From Octopus sinensis (taxonomy: Eukaryota), in NCBI RefSeq assembly GCF_006345805.1, contig NC_043011.1:38948464-39012463 (forward strand): a stretch of 64,000 bases of DNA, read 5' to 3'. This document shows positions 63,056 through 64,000 of this stretch, in pieces. Numbering within the stretch: the first letter of the stretch is position 1; every line of letters begins with the position of its first letter. The position numbers were made by a program, and so were the translations under genes. The notes beneath the pieces are model-generated. The model was not told the origin of the DNA and searched no databases. It was given only the letters and a program-made list of their open reading frames with translations.

Positions 63056-63348
63056 AAGGCGCGTGGCTTAGTGGTTAGGGCATTTGACTCACGATTGTAA
63101 AAGTGTTGGTTCAATTCCTGGCAACATGTTGTCCTTGAGCAAGACACTTTATTTCACGTTGCTCCGGTCTACTCAGCTGGCAAAAATGAGTAGTACTTGT
63201 ATTTCAAAGGGCTGGCCTTGTCACACTTTGTGTCATGCTGAATCTCCCTGAGAATTCCATTCAGGGTACACATGTCTGTGGAGTGCTCAGCCACTTGCAT
63301 ATTAATTTCACGAGCAGGACTCTCGTTGTCGTAACCGACAGAGTTCTC
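63056..63348 (+). mobile_element. Family B SINE, CORE-like body + tail Y
   Basis: GAAGGCGCGTGGCTTAGTGGTTAGG head, CTTGAGCAAGACACTTTATTTCACG, tail Y. Confidence 0.82.
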
Positions 63349-63893
63349 CATCTTTCTGTTGAGATGCTCTGTGTTTCTTTCAATTAATTTTAATTATTAC
63401 AAAGAATTTAGTAAAATAACTTAGTTATCATTAAGCTAGTGTTAGGAACATAAATTGTGACTAAGGTTTGATGGAAGATTTTAATTCAAAACTTAAGAAA
63501 ACAAGACATTTGTACTACTGAGCCAGAGGTGGTTACAGCCAAGTTGGTTTCGAAATGGTTAATCAAAGCGGTGAGCTGGCAGAATTCTTGGCACACTTGA
63601 CAAAATGCTCAATGGCATTTCTTCAGCATTTAAATTCTGTCAAGGTTGATTTTTGCCTTTCATCCCTTTTAAGGGTGGGTGGGGTCATTAAAATAGGCAC
63701 CAGTTGAGCATTGGGGTTGATGTAATCTGTTAGTCCCCTTTTATATAAAATTTAAGGTCTTGAACCTATAAATAGAAAGGAATATTATTATTATTATATT
63801 GTAGGTAATGGTCAGATGTATGTACACACACATAAACATACATGCTTATATATACATGTACACACATAAACAGATACATGTATTCACACATGT

Positions 63894-63936
<43 letters not shown>

Positions 63937-64000
63937 AATATAAAATTGGAACAAAAACGCAATAGAGGGCATTAAAATGTTTGGACAGATAGACGACAGA

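Larger units (their letters stand above)
20245..64000 (+). other. Probable single giant intron of the MAN1A-like gene (over 43.7 kb, open-ended)
   Basis: GT donor at 20245; by-eye search found no HAW/YAWG/NEL-coding exon downstream. Confidence 0.65.

Overview
AT-rich, microsatellite-dense eukaryotic DNA. It is most likely an octopod cephalopod (Octopus sp.); this is inferred from the SINE repertoire and (TA/TG)n load, not from a database match. Only one host gene is supportable: the first coding exon (19612-20244, +) of a Golgi class I alpha-1,2-mannosidase (GH47, MAN1A-like). It has a strong acceptor at 19518/19519 and a phase-0 donor at 20245. I could not find the expected next exon (MMKHAW...YAWG.NEL), so 20245-64000 is probably one intron of more than 43.7 kb. 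The rest is repeat-derived: at least four SINE-type families (labelled A, B/CORE, C and D here), decayed LINE ends (Tx1/L1, RTE, CR1-like), Tc1/mariner relics, MITEs with readable TIRs and TSDs, foldback palindromes, local duplications and mini/microsatellites. Nearly all long ORFs in the supplied track are microsatellite or SINE read-throughs. No clearly new protein-coding system is visible. The best leads are a CpG-preserving 116-nt hairpin next to a strong splice acceptor, a 15-unit minisatellite born from a SINE, mix-and-match SINE modules, a SINE tail resembling Tx1 LINE ends, a four-level nested insertion, and several foldbacks and decayed hammerhead-like cores suggesting Penelope-like elements. 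Coordinates were read by eye. TIR/TSD ends are base-counted; other repeat boundaries are approximate.
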